A DNA stretch of 64,000 nucleotides from Octopus vulgaris. Lineage: Eukaryota. The stretch lies in NCBI GenBank assembly GCA_951406725.2, contig OX597830.1, forward strand, positions 9,672,001 through 9,736,000, read 5' to 3'. Made by a program: the position numbers and the translations under genes. Positions 27,920 through 43,126 of the stretch are shown in pieces; position 1 is the first letter of the stretch; each line of letters starts with the position of its first letter. Below the pieces are notes generated by a model. The model saw only the letters and a list, made by a program, of their open reading frames with translations. It was not told the DNA's origin and searched no databases.

Positions 27920-28092
27920 TTTAAAGAAAACAAAAGCTGAAGGCAGGTGAGGGAGTAACAGGCAGGTGTATTAGTTTGACACTCAGGAAGAATAGAAAAG
28001 TCTTTGACGTTTCGAGCCTACGCTCTTCAACAGAAAGGATTACGAGAAAAAGAAAAGAGAGAGAGAACCAAAAAGAAACGGAAAGAGAAAAT
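27920..28092 (-). mobile_element. Microsatellite-embedded repeat with atypical hammerhead-like motif (family H2)
   Basis: Minus 28037-28002: CTTT-CTGTTGA-A-GAGC-GTAG-GCTC-GAAA-CG-TC-AAAG. Related fragments at 24258-24375 and ~57800-57860. Confidence 0.55.
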
Positions 28093-28121
28093 ATATATAT
28101 ATGCATATATATGTGTTTATA

Positions 28122-28171
<50 letters not shown>

Positions 28172-28222
28172 CACGTTTAGTTACAATTATAGTTTTCCTT
28201 TTTGGTAAAACATTGTAAACTA

Positions 28223-28292
<70 letters not shown>

Positions 28293-28633
28293 GTATATAT
28301 GTATTCTTTATTCTTTTACTTTTTTCAGTCATTTGACTGCGGTCATGCTGGAGTACCAACTTTAGTCGAACAAGTCTACCCCAGGACTTATTCTTTGTAA
28401 ATTTAGTGTTTATTCTATTGGTCCCTTTGGCTGAACCGCAAAGTTACATGGATATAAACACACCAACATCGGTTGTAAAGCGACGGCGGGGGGGGATAAA
28501 CATATACGCACGCGCACGCACACACACACACACATATATATAAATGTGATTTATTTCCCAGTTAAAATTACCCTTCATCTTTGAATCTCCGACGACGCTG
28601 TCCTTTATTTTCTGCATGTGTATATATATGTGT

Positions 28634-28678
<45 letters not shown>

Positions 28679-28694
28679 TCTGTGTCTGTGTCTG

Positions 28695-29040
28695 AGTGGA
28701 AAGAGTCCTTTCTGCAATATGGACGCATATTTATCTGAGTTTATGTTTTCCTCACACTCCACCAGCTCTGATCAACCATTGCTCCAAATTGCTCCCCAGA
28801 ACATCACAGAATAGCATCCGTTTCATTGTTGGCTGCAATTTTCTCACATCATATTCTTGATCACAGTGTCTCCAGATCCACACTCGACCACTGTCAGGAA
28901 ACAGCAAATCTGGACTCATCAGAGAATATGACAGTGTCCCAAAATGGTAGTGGGTTCTGAACTGGCCCAACCATTTCTCCGTTTGATGTTTATAGTGAAA
29001 AATAATATATGTGGTTAGATGATCTAAAGTCTACTTTTCA
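28695..29040 (-). mobile_element. Tc1-like transposase fragment
   Basis: WDTVIFSDESRF, SGRVWIWR, LQPTMK, SVMFWGAI and INSDKYASILQ read across frameshifts. Confidence 0.65.
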
Positions 29041-29089
29041 GGATATTGACATAGAAAATTTCTTTCTTTTGCCCTTATTTATGATTATA

Positions 29090-29430
<341 letters not shown>

Positions 29431-30973
29431 TATATAGAAGTGTGTCGATAATCGAAAGAAAGTGACACTCAATACATTTGGTTGGAGTTATGTTATATAA
29501 AACCAGTTTGCAGCTTAACGTTTGTAAGCTGGTAGGACCTAATACGTTTCGCGTCTGGAGACTGATTCGCAGGTTATGTGACAAATTGAAACTAACTTAA
29601 AGATATCAGGCTTCTATAAGCCAACTCAAGTCACGTGGTGTTATTGGACTGGAAGCGATCTCAGCTTATAGTGTTCTTAGGCTCACGTAGTCTGACAATT
29701 TATAGGCGTGTCACTGTTGTCGCTTCTTCTTCTTCTTCTCCTTCTTCTTCTTATTCTTCTTCTTCTTCTTCTTCTTCTTCTTCTTCTTCTTCTTCTTCTT
29801 CTTCCAAGCAGGACTCACGCCATTAGCCACATAGAATAATCTCTAATTCGAGCCTACTCTAAGCTACTAAGAATGCGTGTGGCAACTTGAAGATCCAACC
29901 ACCACAAGCGATAGACTGGCGATTGCACGGGCGCGAAAGCTACGTTGTTATCCTCATTCCGTAAACGGTGGCTTTTAACGGGTGGAGAGCTGAACCATCC
30001 TGGGGTACAGAGGATTCACAACCTAGACTAGGATCTGAAAGTTTACCACACCATAGTGAGTTGCACCATGGTTCCTCTACTTTGTGGTGAAAGAGTACAG
30101 TGGAGTTCACCACTACCCCCACGTCGTAGCATCGTGGAGCTTAGGTGTTTTTGCTCAATAAACACTCACAATGCCCGGTCTGGGAATCGAAGCCGCGTTC
30201 TTACGACCGCGAATCCACTACTCTAACCTCTGGGCCATTGCGCCTCCACGTTGTTGTCGCTATCTCTGGAAACTGCGGTGAGGTTTATTTAGTCACATCA
30301 GTTCATTGCATTTGCTGCTCCACATAGCAAAGTGGGGAGATTGTCGCAGATTAGGGGAGAACTAACGTTACACCAGCTACAGCCTTCCCTTGGGAGTAAA
30401 TATATCTGATCATGTTAGATTAAAATTTATTGGTGGCAGGCTGGATTGTCTACGTAAATGACGGCAGCGATTAAATACCATGCCCTTGAACATGAAACAG
30501 ACCAGATTTAAAGTGTTAGATTTGGATTGTTGGCTGCCAGTGGTTTCATGTTAATCAGAGGACATTCCTCTGGTGGTAACAATGAGATAGTTCAATCTTC
30601 TTGTTGATGATTGCCGTAGGTTGACATAGTAATGTGCAGTCTCTGGCGGAGGCAGAGTTGGTAGTTGTGAGGTCCTGATGAGTGCTACGTTCTGAGGTCA
30701 AATTCCGCCGAGGTCGACTTTGCCTTTCAATCTTTCGGGATCGATTAAATAATTCCAGTTACGCACTGGGGTCGATATAGTCGACTTGATCCGTTTGTCT
30801 GTCCTTGTTTGTCTTCTCTGTGTTTAGCCCCTTGTGGGTAGTAAAGAAATAGGTTACCAAGTCTCCAGATAAAACGGGACAAGGAGTTGATTTTTCTCTA
30901 ACTCGCACCTGAGGAGTGCATGTGGTGTGTATAGATACTTACATAGACACACATACACACACACACATATATA

Positions 30974-31519
30974 TAGGGTGGCCACTGAAAGACTGAATGA
31001 TACAAAACAAAAATAACTTTTACAAACCCATGGTTTTGAAAATATTTTTTTATTATTTTATTTGGATGGAAACAATTTTAAATCGAGTTTCAGAATCTTC
31101 TGAAGCGATGTTCAGGCGATGCAGAGCGACGACAGGAAGAGGCTGATAGACCCTGAAGGACACTCTGTCGTACATCTTCGACCGCTGCATCAGTGCGCAC
31201 AGTGCGTTTAGGAACACTTCTCGGAAAATCGACGACTGGTCCAGTTCTTTCAAACCAGGCGATTAGGTTCCGAATCATGTGATCGCTTGGAGATACTCTG
31301 ACCGTAAAATGTTGGCGCTATTTTCTCTGAGTTTGAATAATTCATCTTTCACTGAAATAGAAAATATCAATGAGTTTTACTCGTTGCTGGACATCATGCG
31401 GAGCCATTTTAATCTCCAAGCGATGCTGTATAACATGAAAAACAAAAGAAAATTTAAAAGATTGTAAACGAATAAGTTGTTGCTTTTTCAAACCCTTCAG
31501 TTATTCAGTGGCCACTCTG
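30974..31519 (-). mobile_element. Internally deleted Tc1/mariner element
   Basis: TIRs AGGGTGGCCACTGAAAGACTGAA / TTCAGTTATTCAGTGGCCACTCTG with TA flanks. ORF 31090-31278 IRNLIAWFERTG..RTVRT..VEDVRQSV resembles a transposase N-terminal HTH. Confidence 0.75.
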
Positions 31520-31853
31520 TAAATATATGCGCATGGTACAGAGATTTGAGCGTAGAACACACAACCGGATCGGGCTGTGTGCTGTGTTCTTGAGTAAGAC
31601 ACTTTAGTTCACGTTGCTCCGGTTCACTCAGCTGTAGAAATGAGTTGCGACGTCACTGGAACCAAGCTATATCGGCCTTTGCCTTTTACCTTGGATAACA
31701 TCTGCGGCCTGGAGAATGGAGGCTGGTATGCAAGGGTGACTGCTGGTCTTCCATTAAGAACCTTGCCCGGATTTGTACCTCGGAGAACTTTCTAGGTGCA
31801 GTCTTATGGTCATCTATGACTAAAGGAGGCCTTTATTTTTTCTTCTTATATAT

Positions 31854-31919
<66 letters not shown>

Positions 31920-31929
31920 GTATATGTTT

Positions 31930-32124
31930 ATTCTTTTACTTGTTTCAGTCATTTGACTGCGTTCATGCTGGAGCACTGCCTTTAGTCGAGCAAATCGACC
32001 CCAGGACTTATCTTTTTGTAGGCCTAGTACGTATTCTATCGGCCACTTTGCCGAACCGCTAAGTTACGGGGACGTAAACACACCAGCATCCGTTGTCAAG
32101 CGATGGTGGTGGTGGGGGGGACAA

Positions 32125-32162
<38 letters not shown>

Positions 32163-32275
32163 CTATATACACGACGGGCTTCTTTCAGTTTCCCTCTAAC
32201 AAATCCACTCACACGTCTTTGGTTGTCCTGAGACTATAGTAGAAGACACTTGCCCAAGGTACCACGTAGTGGAAC
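31930..32275 (-). mobile_element. SINE family A, 5'-truncated
   Basis: Colinear with other family A copies. Confidence 0.85.
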
Positions 32276-32627
32276 AGCTATGATTTAAACATACATATAT
32301 ACATACATACACACATACATACATTCATGAATGCAAGCAGCTGTGCTGTGTGTAAAACTCCCAAGAAACGCCAGAAGACAGGCTTTGGTATTAATGACAT
32401 TAAATTAAACATCACATTACTGACTTATCAAGATGGAAGCCCCACCCCTCTCGCCGCCTCCTTCCTTCCTTCCTTGCCTAAACCTGACACCTCATCGTAT
32501 TACAGCCCCTGTTGCCGTTATTTTTGTCATCAACTCCCTTGAAATTTCACACACCCACGTTCATGGGGCTGCTGCACGAAATCTTCACCGTCAGGGGACA
32601 CCATCGTCGGCTTCGTCATAGCCGCCA

Positions 32628-33874
<1,247 letters not shown>

Positions 33875-34872
33875 TGAAGAACAAACTCAGAATCTACCAT
33901 TCAACCATATCATATAAAAAAATTAAAAATTTTGGAGAAATTCCTGGAATACTTCAACGAAGAATACTCCCCACCCCCATCACAAGATCTTAGTTTGGAT
34001 TTTGGAATGAATAACAAAACACTGAGAATTGTTTTCATGAAATAACCGATAACCACATTTCTTTTTTTACAAAACCCACGACTAAAGTAAAATAATTAAT
34101 TAGTTTCATCTCGTTAAATATAAACGGAACTAATGATGATAACGTAGTTGGCAGCGTTCTAATTTGAAAAGAATTGCAACATTCTGAAATTCGCAGCTAT
34201 CTTGGGTTGTTATCTTTCACGCAGATCGCACTTCAGGACTGATCCTTAATAATGATAAAAGTCAATTAACATACCTTCTACAGGGGTCTTCAGTCGGGGT
34301 CACGAGATTCAGTCATTCTCTTTGTTCCATAAGGATTTTAAAATTCCTTTTGAATATTTGGTTTGCAAGATTTTTTATGTGAATTCCTGCGTTGAAACAA
34401 ATCTTGTTGTGTATTGGGAGGGTTGTTACACCAATAATAATCATAAACACACGCGTTGGTTCGATATCACTTCTTTAGAGTTAGTTACTTGGTTACATAT
34501 CTAATCAACAAAAGAGTCGAACGTTTACTCAATATCTTGGAAAGTTCACAAACGCTTTTGGCTAACAAAAAAATCCAAATTAATTGTTTACCTAAGGCAT
34601 TAAACAAATAATGGTTATATAAAGAAGTTGGACAGGAGAGACAGGAAGAAGGGGAGATAGACATGAGCGAGGCAGTGTGGTAAGAAGTTTGCTTGCCGAC
34701 CTCAGGGTTCCCGGTTCAAGCCAACTGCCTGGCACTTTGGAGATGTGTCATCCACCATAGTCCCGCGCCGAATAAAGCCTTTTGAGTAGATCTTGCTGAC
34801 GAAATTTTATTATTGTCTTAAAATGAAAGAAGTCATTCGTCTCTCTCTATCACTCCCCCTCTTTCTCCCTCG

Positions 34873-34904
<32 letters not shown>

Positions 34905-34910
<6 letters not shown>

Positions 34911-34969
34911 CAACTGAAGAAGGCAGAGCTTCTCTGAAGCAAAGTCAGAAATCCAGGATCTTGAATTAT
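34905..34969 (+). ncRNA. Type I hammerhead ribozyme candidate
   Basis: Helix I ATAATTCAA/TTGAATTAT (9 bp); CTGAAGA 34914-34920; imperfect helix II; GAAA 34948-34951; helix III TCC-A-GGA; cleavage triplet ATC. Confidence 0.65.
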
Positions 34970-35135
34970 CCAGTAAAATCTTTTTTTGCTAGTTTATTTT
35001 GTCTCTCTGTCTTCTCTCCTAGCGTTATGTGGACATTTAGGGGGGGGGTTAGGGTCAGGGTTTTGACTGCTATTTCAGCATGGTGGTATCTCTCAGATAC
35101 CCTAATTTATAGTTTAATATCTATCTATCTATCTA

Positions 35136-35236
<101 letters not shown>

Positions 35237-35851
35237 TTACAGGGTAAATGTTTTTTAAATTTTCTCCTGGTTTACGGAATTGATTTTTATTTGCGGTTGA
35301 AGCTTTGGCTGTTATTTCTAGTGGGTGAATGGCCTATTATGGCCGTTCCTTCATTGTTGATGTTGAACTTAAAAATGGTCTATGACTATTTAATTTTTTC
35401 CCACTAGGCCGCTGGTGGCAAAAAAATTCTACAAATTTTTTTTGCCACCCTATATTGATTAATTATGAATTTTCTGGTTAGTTCCGTAATGGAATCGACG
35501 GCTTATATTTATTTGCTGCCGATAAATTTGGCGCGAGTGCGACGATTTGAAAATTTTAGGTCAGATATAACCTTGGCAAGGTCGGAAATGCCTCGTGAAA
35601 ATATCTGTTCCGACTTGGCTATTTCTTACTGAAGAATCTGAGGGCCTATGGAAGATTGGCTTGATTTAATTTAATCAGGTTAGTTTACCATTAATCAGCA
35701 GATGAAACGGTATATCGTATAAGAAATTACAGGGTAAATGTTTTTTAAATTTTCTCCTGGTTTACGGAATTGATTTTTATTTGCGGTTGAAGCTTTGGCT
35801 GTTATTTCTAGTGGGTGAATGGCCTATTATGGCCGTTCCTTGATTGTTGAT
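35237..35851 (+). mobile_element. Retrozyme-like non-autonomous element: 1.25 copies of a 490-bp monomer inside (TA)n
   Basis: 125-bp direct repeats 35237-35361 and 35727-35851 (one mismatch). Internal hammerhead, several hairpins, no credible ORF, (TA)n on both sides. Confidence 0.8.
35621..35727 (+). ncRNA. Type I hammerhead ribozyme with long loop II
   Basis: Helix I ATTTCTTA/TAAGAAAT; CTGAAGA 35629-35635; helix II ATCTG/CAGAT; GAAA 35704-35707; helix III CG-GTATAT-CG; GTA triplet with predicted cut after 35719. Confidence 0.85.
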
Positions 35852-36372
35852 ATATATATATATATATATGCATTATATGCCTGTGTGCTTTTTTTGTGCT
35901 TGTGTTTGTTTCCACCACTTGTAATCAACCGTTGTTGGTTTGTTTACGTCTTGCAAGCGAGTGGCTCAGCAAATGATAAGTACCAAGCTTTAAGTACTGT
36001 GTTGGACGGCCAGGTGGCCACAGTCCAATGACTGAAACAGCGAATGATAGAAGACTAAAGATCTTACTCTTTTTTTACTCCTTTACTTGTTTCAGTCATT
36101 TGACTGCGGCCATGCTGGAGCACCATACATGTGTATGTGCGTAAATCTGTGTGTGAGTATGTGTGTATGTGTATATAAACATGTATATGCGTGTGTGTAT
36201 GCGTGTATGCACGTATTCATGCGTTTGGGATGGCGCACATATGTAATAAGAGTACTCAATATGTTGTGTAAACCAATATACCGTAATTTTCAAGTTAACA
36301 AAACACTTCAATGTGACACATTTAACACACGAAACACGTGGCCCTTGATATATATACACTTATACATACATA

Positions 36373-36442
<70 letters not shown>

Positions 36443-36486
36443 CATACATATATATATATATATATACATATATACATACATATATG

Positions 36487-36535
<49 letters not shown>

Positions 36536-36605
36536 GTATGTATAAGTATATGTATAAATACGTATTCGTTTATGTAGATATTTATACCTATCATATGGAT
36601 ATATT

Positions 36606-36661
<56 letters not shown>

Positions 36662-37313
36662 TGTATGTATTTGTGTGTGTATATGTGCATATATATGTAT
36701 ATATTTATGTATGTCTGCATGTATACGCATATATGTTTGAGCGTGTATAGAAAATATATACACACAACATAGGAAATATTATATTTGTTCGTTCACTTTG
36801 TTTTATAAGATTTACTCTTTTTTTTATATATATTTTTGTATTTTTATGCCACTCCTTTTGGTTTGTAAGTTTTGATTTAATTAGAATTTCGGAGATTTGA
36901 TACTATAATTTATCACTTCTAAACTAAGGGTTGAAATCAAATCCCAGACTAAGAGTTTTAGGAAGCGACGAATATGTTCCCCTGTCTATTATCACGGAAA
37001 ACCTGCAAATCTATCATTGTATGTGATACAACAAGAACGCAATGCTTCGCTGGGTGATATATGCCACTTGGACGCCATTACTTTAATCGTTTTGTCTTTT
37101 AACAAATAGGCTAATGGCTATCATATTTTAAAACACAACTCGACCAATGTAATATATTTTGGTTCTCGTATAGCCACAGTTTGAACCCATTTAAGGTTTG
37201 AAGCTAATTTGTCTATCAATCTTTTTACCTTTTTACACCCTAGATGATATTTGAGACGCATAACTAAATAGATTGATAGATGACGAAACCAGATTCTGTA
37301 CTATATCTTTAAA

Positions 37314-37670
37314 TTGGGTTGTCCGGAAAGTTCGTGCCGATTTTTAAAGGAAAGAAAAAGGTCAATAAATACTTGCCATTACATTTTTAATCAACCAAAT
37401 ATGAACCGTTTTGTTGCTCAATGCGTCTCCATCATCCCTTCCACTTGAAAATACCCTCTTCCCAGAACTGAGGTGGTTTTATGACAAATAATTCATCAAG
37501 GTATCATTTTACGTCATCCAAGGAAGTGAAACTTTTACCATTAAGACCTGAATAAGTGGAAATCTGAACGAGCAATATCTGGTGAATATGGAAGGTGAGG
37601 TAACACATCCCAGCCGAGTTGCAGCAATTTTTGTCTGGTTCCCAAAGCATCAAGTGCCCAAAATGCGCCT
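37314..37670 (-). mobile_element. mariner transposase 3' remnant with terminal repeat
   Basis: Minus strand GWDVLPHLPYSPDIA, LNGKSFTSLDDVK and KPPQFWEEGI..W. End TTGGGTTGTCCGGAAAGTTC. Confidence 0.7.
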
Positions 37671-37989
37671 GAGTTTTAAACTTTTTGTTTTTTCTTCTAT
37701 CGTACCACAATAACATTTCTGTTTTATTGTGTGTTATTTCTAATGTTGACCCAGACGTAATTGTGTGGTTTAGAAACTCGCTTTGCAATCGAGTAGTTTT
37801 GGGTTGAGCCGGACGGCGAAGCACCTCGGGTAAACGTCTTCTGTTTACAGGACCAGGTCGGGCAATGACTTGTATGAGAATTTCGTTGGCGGAGATCGTG
37901 TGGAGCAACATCCGCACAAATACACACGCACACACACACACACACACACGCACATATACACTCGCACACACACACATCTGAGTATATCA

Positions 37990-38030
<41 letters not shown>

Positions 38031-38229
38031 TATACATTTTAATACCGGTTTCCGCCTTTTTAGACTTTTTCAACAAAGAAAAACAATTAAATTGGAGAAA
38101 AAAAAATTAAGTGAAATGTTTTGTAGATATTTCCATAATCTTTAAATAAGTAAATATTTCCATAGTCTTCAGGTAGTCTGTCTGTCTGTCTGTCTCTCTC
38201 TCTCCCTCTCTCTCTCTCTATTCCTTTAT

Positions 38230-38280
38230 GAAGTAGTAGTAGTGGTGGTGGTAGTGGTGGTGGTGGTGGTGGTGGTGGTG

Positions 38281-38316
<36 letters not shown>

Positions 38317-38660
38317 ATAGTAGTAGTGATAGTGGTAGTAGTAGAAATTGTAGTGATAGGAGCAGAAATAGTAGTAGTAGTAGTAGTAGTGGTAGTCGTG
38401 ATGGTTGTAGTAGAAGTAGTGGTGGTGGTGGTGGTAGTGGTAGTAGTAGTAGTGATAATGATAGTAGTAGAAGTAATAGTAATAGTAATGGTGGTGGTGG
38501 TGGTGGTGGTGGTAGTAGTAGAAGTAGTAGTAGCAGTAGTAGTAGTAGCAGTTACAGTAGTCGCAGTAGTTGTAGTAGTAGTGGTGGTGGTGGTGGTGGT
38601 GGTTGTGTTGGTAGTAGTATTAGTCACAGCAGCAGTAGCAGCAACGGCAGTAGTAGCAAT
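38230..38660. repeat. (GTA)n/(GTG)n microsatellite
   Basis: Read directly from the sequence. Confidence 0.95.
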
Positions 38661-39140
38661 AGTGAAGCTAAGTAAGGTTAAGGACATTGAAATAGCGCTA
38701 AATAGGATCATGGTCAAATTGAACAGAGCAGACGACAGTAACAAAACGAGGAAATACAGGACACACACACTGACAAAGAAACAGAGAAAAGCATGTATTA
38801 GTTAAAAAAGGAAGAAAAATAAATCACTGAAAAAGATGGAGCGAAGGGAGAAGAGGAGGAATACACCATTTAATACCGAATATGGTACCATTGTTATGGT
38901 GAACTAATGGTGTGAATGAAAAGTGTAGAGTAGATTGTAACGGCTGAATTTAACTGTCAAGGTCAAGGGCGATAATTTATTGTTTCAAATATCAATCCAG
39001 GACGTACGATACGTGCTTTACTATAGCAGGACTAAAGGACAGCCAGGATTAATCAGATAAACTTGTAGAAAATTTTATTATTCTTTCTCTCGGACAAACA
39101 TTGAAGTTTCTAGAGATAATAGCAGTATAGTTATTGAATT

Positions 39141-39355
39141 CTTTTATTCTTTTATTTGTTTTAGTTATTTGACTGCGGACATGCTGGAGCACTGCCGTTT
39201 AGTCGAACAAATCGACCCCTGGACTTATTCTTTGTAAGACTCGTACTTATCCTATCGGTCTCTTTTGCCTAACCGCTGGGTTACGGGGATGTAAACACAC
39301 CAACATCGGTTGTCAAGCAATGGTGAAGGGACAAACACAGACGCAAATAACAAAT

Positions 39356-39436
<81 letters not shown>

Positions 39437-39600
39437 CGACGGGGTTCTTTCAGTTTCCGTGTGCCAATTCCACTCACAAGGCTTCGGTTGGCCCGAGGCT
39501 ATAGCAGAGGACACTTGCCCAAGTTGCTACGCAGTGGTACTGAACCCAGAACCATGTGGTAGATAAGCAAGCTACTTACCACACAGGAATTCTTGCGCCA
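39141..39600 (-). mobile_element. SINE family A
   Basis: Full colinear copy. Confidence 0.85.
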
Positions 39601-40056
39601 ATGGCTATATATATATATATATATATTATTTGATTAATTAATGTTTTTTGAAATCCTTTTTTCGGTTATTAGACTGAAACCGAGCTGAGGCTGTGATTTC
39701 AATTTGTAGTGGAACGAATATTCCAGGACTTATTGTTTTTGTAATGTTTGATACTTATTCTATCGTTTACTTGCGCCGAACCGCTGCTGTCAAGAATGTA
39801 GGAAAGTTTAAACCAAAATTTCTAAAATTCGAAACTGAGAGGAAATGGCTGAATTCCTTGATGAGCAGAAAATCAAAGACATAAAGAAAACGGTAACGAA
39901 ACAGATTTCGAAAAGGTTCGGAGAAATCGACACATACATATGAGTGTGTGCGTATTTGTGTGTGCGTGTGTGTGTGTGTGTGTGCGCGTGCGCGCGCGTG
40001 TGTGTGTGTATACATCAACTTCTCTGAACCTTTTCGAAATCATACACACACAGACA

Positions 40057-40102
<46 letters not shown>

Positions 40103-40501
40103 CTCTCTCTCATACACACATACACCTATATAACATGTATGGATTTCATGTGTATGAGTTTCTTTTCTAATGGGAGGTCCTAAGCTTCAAAATAACATTG
40201 TCAATTATTCCCATGCATAGAACTACGAGGATTACCTAGTTTTTCAGAAAACAATAGCATCGAAAGATATATGTAGGCGTAGATATATTTATTTGTGTAG
40301 AAAGAGCTGGGTAATATTTGAATTAACAATGGAGTGATAGCACGCAAGTTATTAAAAAATATTATGGAGTGTATGAGACATTTTTAAAACATCTTCCGGA
40401 TTCGGCTTCTGCTATTGTATTAAGATTTACTCAGACTCCTAACAACAGCAACAACAACAACAGCAACTACAACAACAGCAACAACAACAACTGTAATATT
40501 A

Positions 40502-40579
<78 letters not shown>

Positions 40580-40614
40580 GCTTTTTATTTATCATCAGAG
40601 CATGATAATAATAA

Positions 40615-41190
40615 TCTTTTCTACTCTAGGCACAAGGCCCGAAATTTTGGGGGAGGGGCCAGTCGATTAGATCGACCCCAGTACGCAACTGGTATTTAAT
40701 TTATCGCCCCCGAAAGGATGAAAGGCAAAGTCGACTTTGGCGGAATTTGAACCCAGAACATAAAGACAGACGAAATACCTATTTCTTTACTACCCACAAG
40801 GAGCCAAACACAGAGGAGACAAACAAGGACAGACAACCGGATTAGGTCGATTAGATTGACCCCAGTGCATAAATGGAACTTAATTTATCGACCCCGAAAG
40901 GCTGAAAGGTAAAGTCAACCTCGGCGGAATTTGAACTCAGAACGTAACGGCGGACGAAATACCGCTCAGCATTTCGCTCGGCGTGTCAACGTTTCTGCCA
41001 GCTCGCCATAATCCTTTCTACTAAGGGGAGAAGTATTGAAATTTTGGGGAGAGGGGACTAGTCGATTACATCGAACCCATTGTTTCATTGGTACTGAATT
41101 TATTGACCCCGAAAGGATGAAAGGCAAAGTCGACATCGGTGGAATTTGAACTCAAAAGGTAAAGACAGATGAAATACCGCTAAATACGTA
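40615..41190 (-). mobile_element. SINE family B, full copy plus adjacent partial copy
   Basis: Reverse complement of 9819-10219; the central domain is seen three times. Confidence 0.8.
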
Positions 41191-41199
41191 CTATACAAT

Positions 41200-41568
41200 C
41201 GATGTTGCGTGTTGCTTTGACCAAAGAATAGTCAAGAAAGAATGCGAAAAAATATATGCACGCAATCATCTTAAGTGTAAAAGAGCCCAAGTATGTGAAT
41301 TGAAGAAGGTGAAGATTGTGTCAAGTACTATTGGGTCATTAGGGACAGTTCCAGAACGAATCAAGAGGAATAAAGAAAAGGAAGAGGAATAGGGTGTCCA
41401 GTAGAACTGGTATAAAAGTTTTGCCTTCTTGGCACGGCCAGACTAATACGGAGAGTATTAGATAGATGAAAAGAAGAGATAGCATGGTACCATAGGCTGC
41501 AGGTGGTACACCCGTTATGCATGCAAGACTCCAGGATTTCCAACAAAGCTTGAGCTGATAAAATAATA

Positions 41569-41645
<77 letters not shown>

Positions 41646-42120
41646 AATGATGGTGGTGATGATGATGATGATGATGATGAAAGGCACTGCTGGTGCTGCG
41701 ATATTGGGGATGAAAAATGTTGTTGTACAGAGTAAGGAAAGAATACTTTCGACAGCCAGAGATGCCAAAAAATGTGACAAACAGTAGGAGAATTCAAAGA
41801 TTAAAAATGAAGAACAACGTGAGAAACAAATGGAAAGAAATGGACTGCATACTCAATTCATGCAACAATCCCAAAATGTTGAAAGTGAAGCCCGTTGGCT
41901 TTGGCTGGCGGACGGTATCTTGAAACGAAAGACCGAAATGCCAATTTTTTGCTGCTCAGGAACAAAAATATTAGAACAAATCTGATAAAGGCAAAGATCA
42001 ACGAAACACAGTCAGACATGTAAAATCTGCAGAAAAGAAGACGAGAGTATAAATCAGAGTTTCCGTGAGTGCAGTATGCTAGCATAAAACGAGTAAAGCG
42101 CAGATATGACTGTGTAGAGA
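41200..42120 (+). mobile_element. Two old R4/Dong-like RLE fragments separated by (GAT)n
   Basis: IGSLGTVP..LLGTARLIRRVL (41300-41470) and WLWLADG.LKRKTE..AAQEQ..RTNLIK (41895-42000). Confidence 0.55.
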
Positions 42121-42544
42121 AAAGAGCGCATTGGGATGGTAGTGAGAATGTGGCTTCCAAAGCTTCATACAAATTAATAATCCTTCAAAATGTTCACCAT
42201 GAAATCGAATTTGTCTTTCGAAGTTCGGTCTTGTTAACCATTCAGAGGTACCTAAACCAAAGAAAGCTAACAATAAATCATACGGAAGAACACACGTCGA
42301 CCGATCGTATAACAAATGTAATCTTTCTAGTAGCGGTTTGCAAAGGCACTTCTTTATACACGAGGCCAAATGTCACAACGTGGCGTTACATTGAGCTGAA
42401 GAGAAAGAGAGATTTATGTGATGACTGCGGTAAAGGCTGCAAATCATCAGCTTGCTTCAAAAGCGTTTAAAAAAAAGGGACCAAATTTACATTGCGGCTC
42501 ATTAAAAAGGAATGGTCATTCTCGTTATTGAGCGATTGCTACGT

Positions 42545-42610
<66 letters not shown>

Positions 42611-42755
42611 TTTATATGCACATATGTATATATACATATATATTTATATATACATATATATTTATATATACACATATATATATGCATATATATATATATA
42701 TATATAAAATATATATATATATATATGTACATATATATATACATATATATACACA

Positions 42756-42796
<41 letters not shown>

Positions 42797-43081
42797 GAAG
42801 ACAAATATAAATAAACACATTTATTTATATTTATGCTTGAATATATATATATGCATATATATATGCATATATGTGTATGCATATATGGATATATTTGCAA
42901 GAACGAAATAAAAAATGAGCAAAATAAGATAAAGCAAAGCAGAAAGAGAGAGATAGAGGGCGGGAGGGACGGAGCCGAGGCTTTATGCTTCATGATTTAC
43001 TGTTTTGCTCACCAATAAGACGTGTGAGCACATTTATTTCCATATATATATATATATATTCATATATATATATATATATAC

Positions 43082-43126
<45 letters not shown>

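Noticed and set aside
35036-35060. Interstitial telomere
   Set aside because: Only two or three imperfect TTAGGG-like units.
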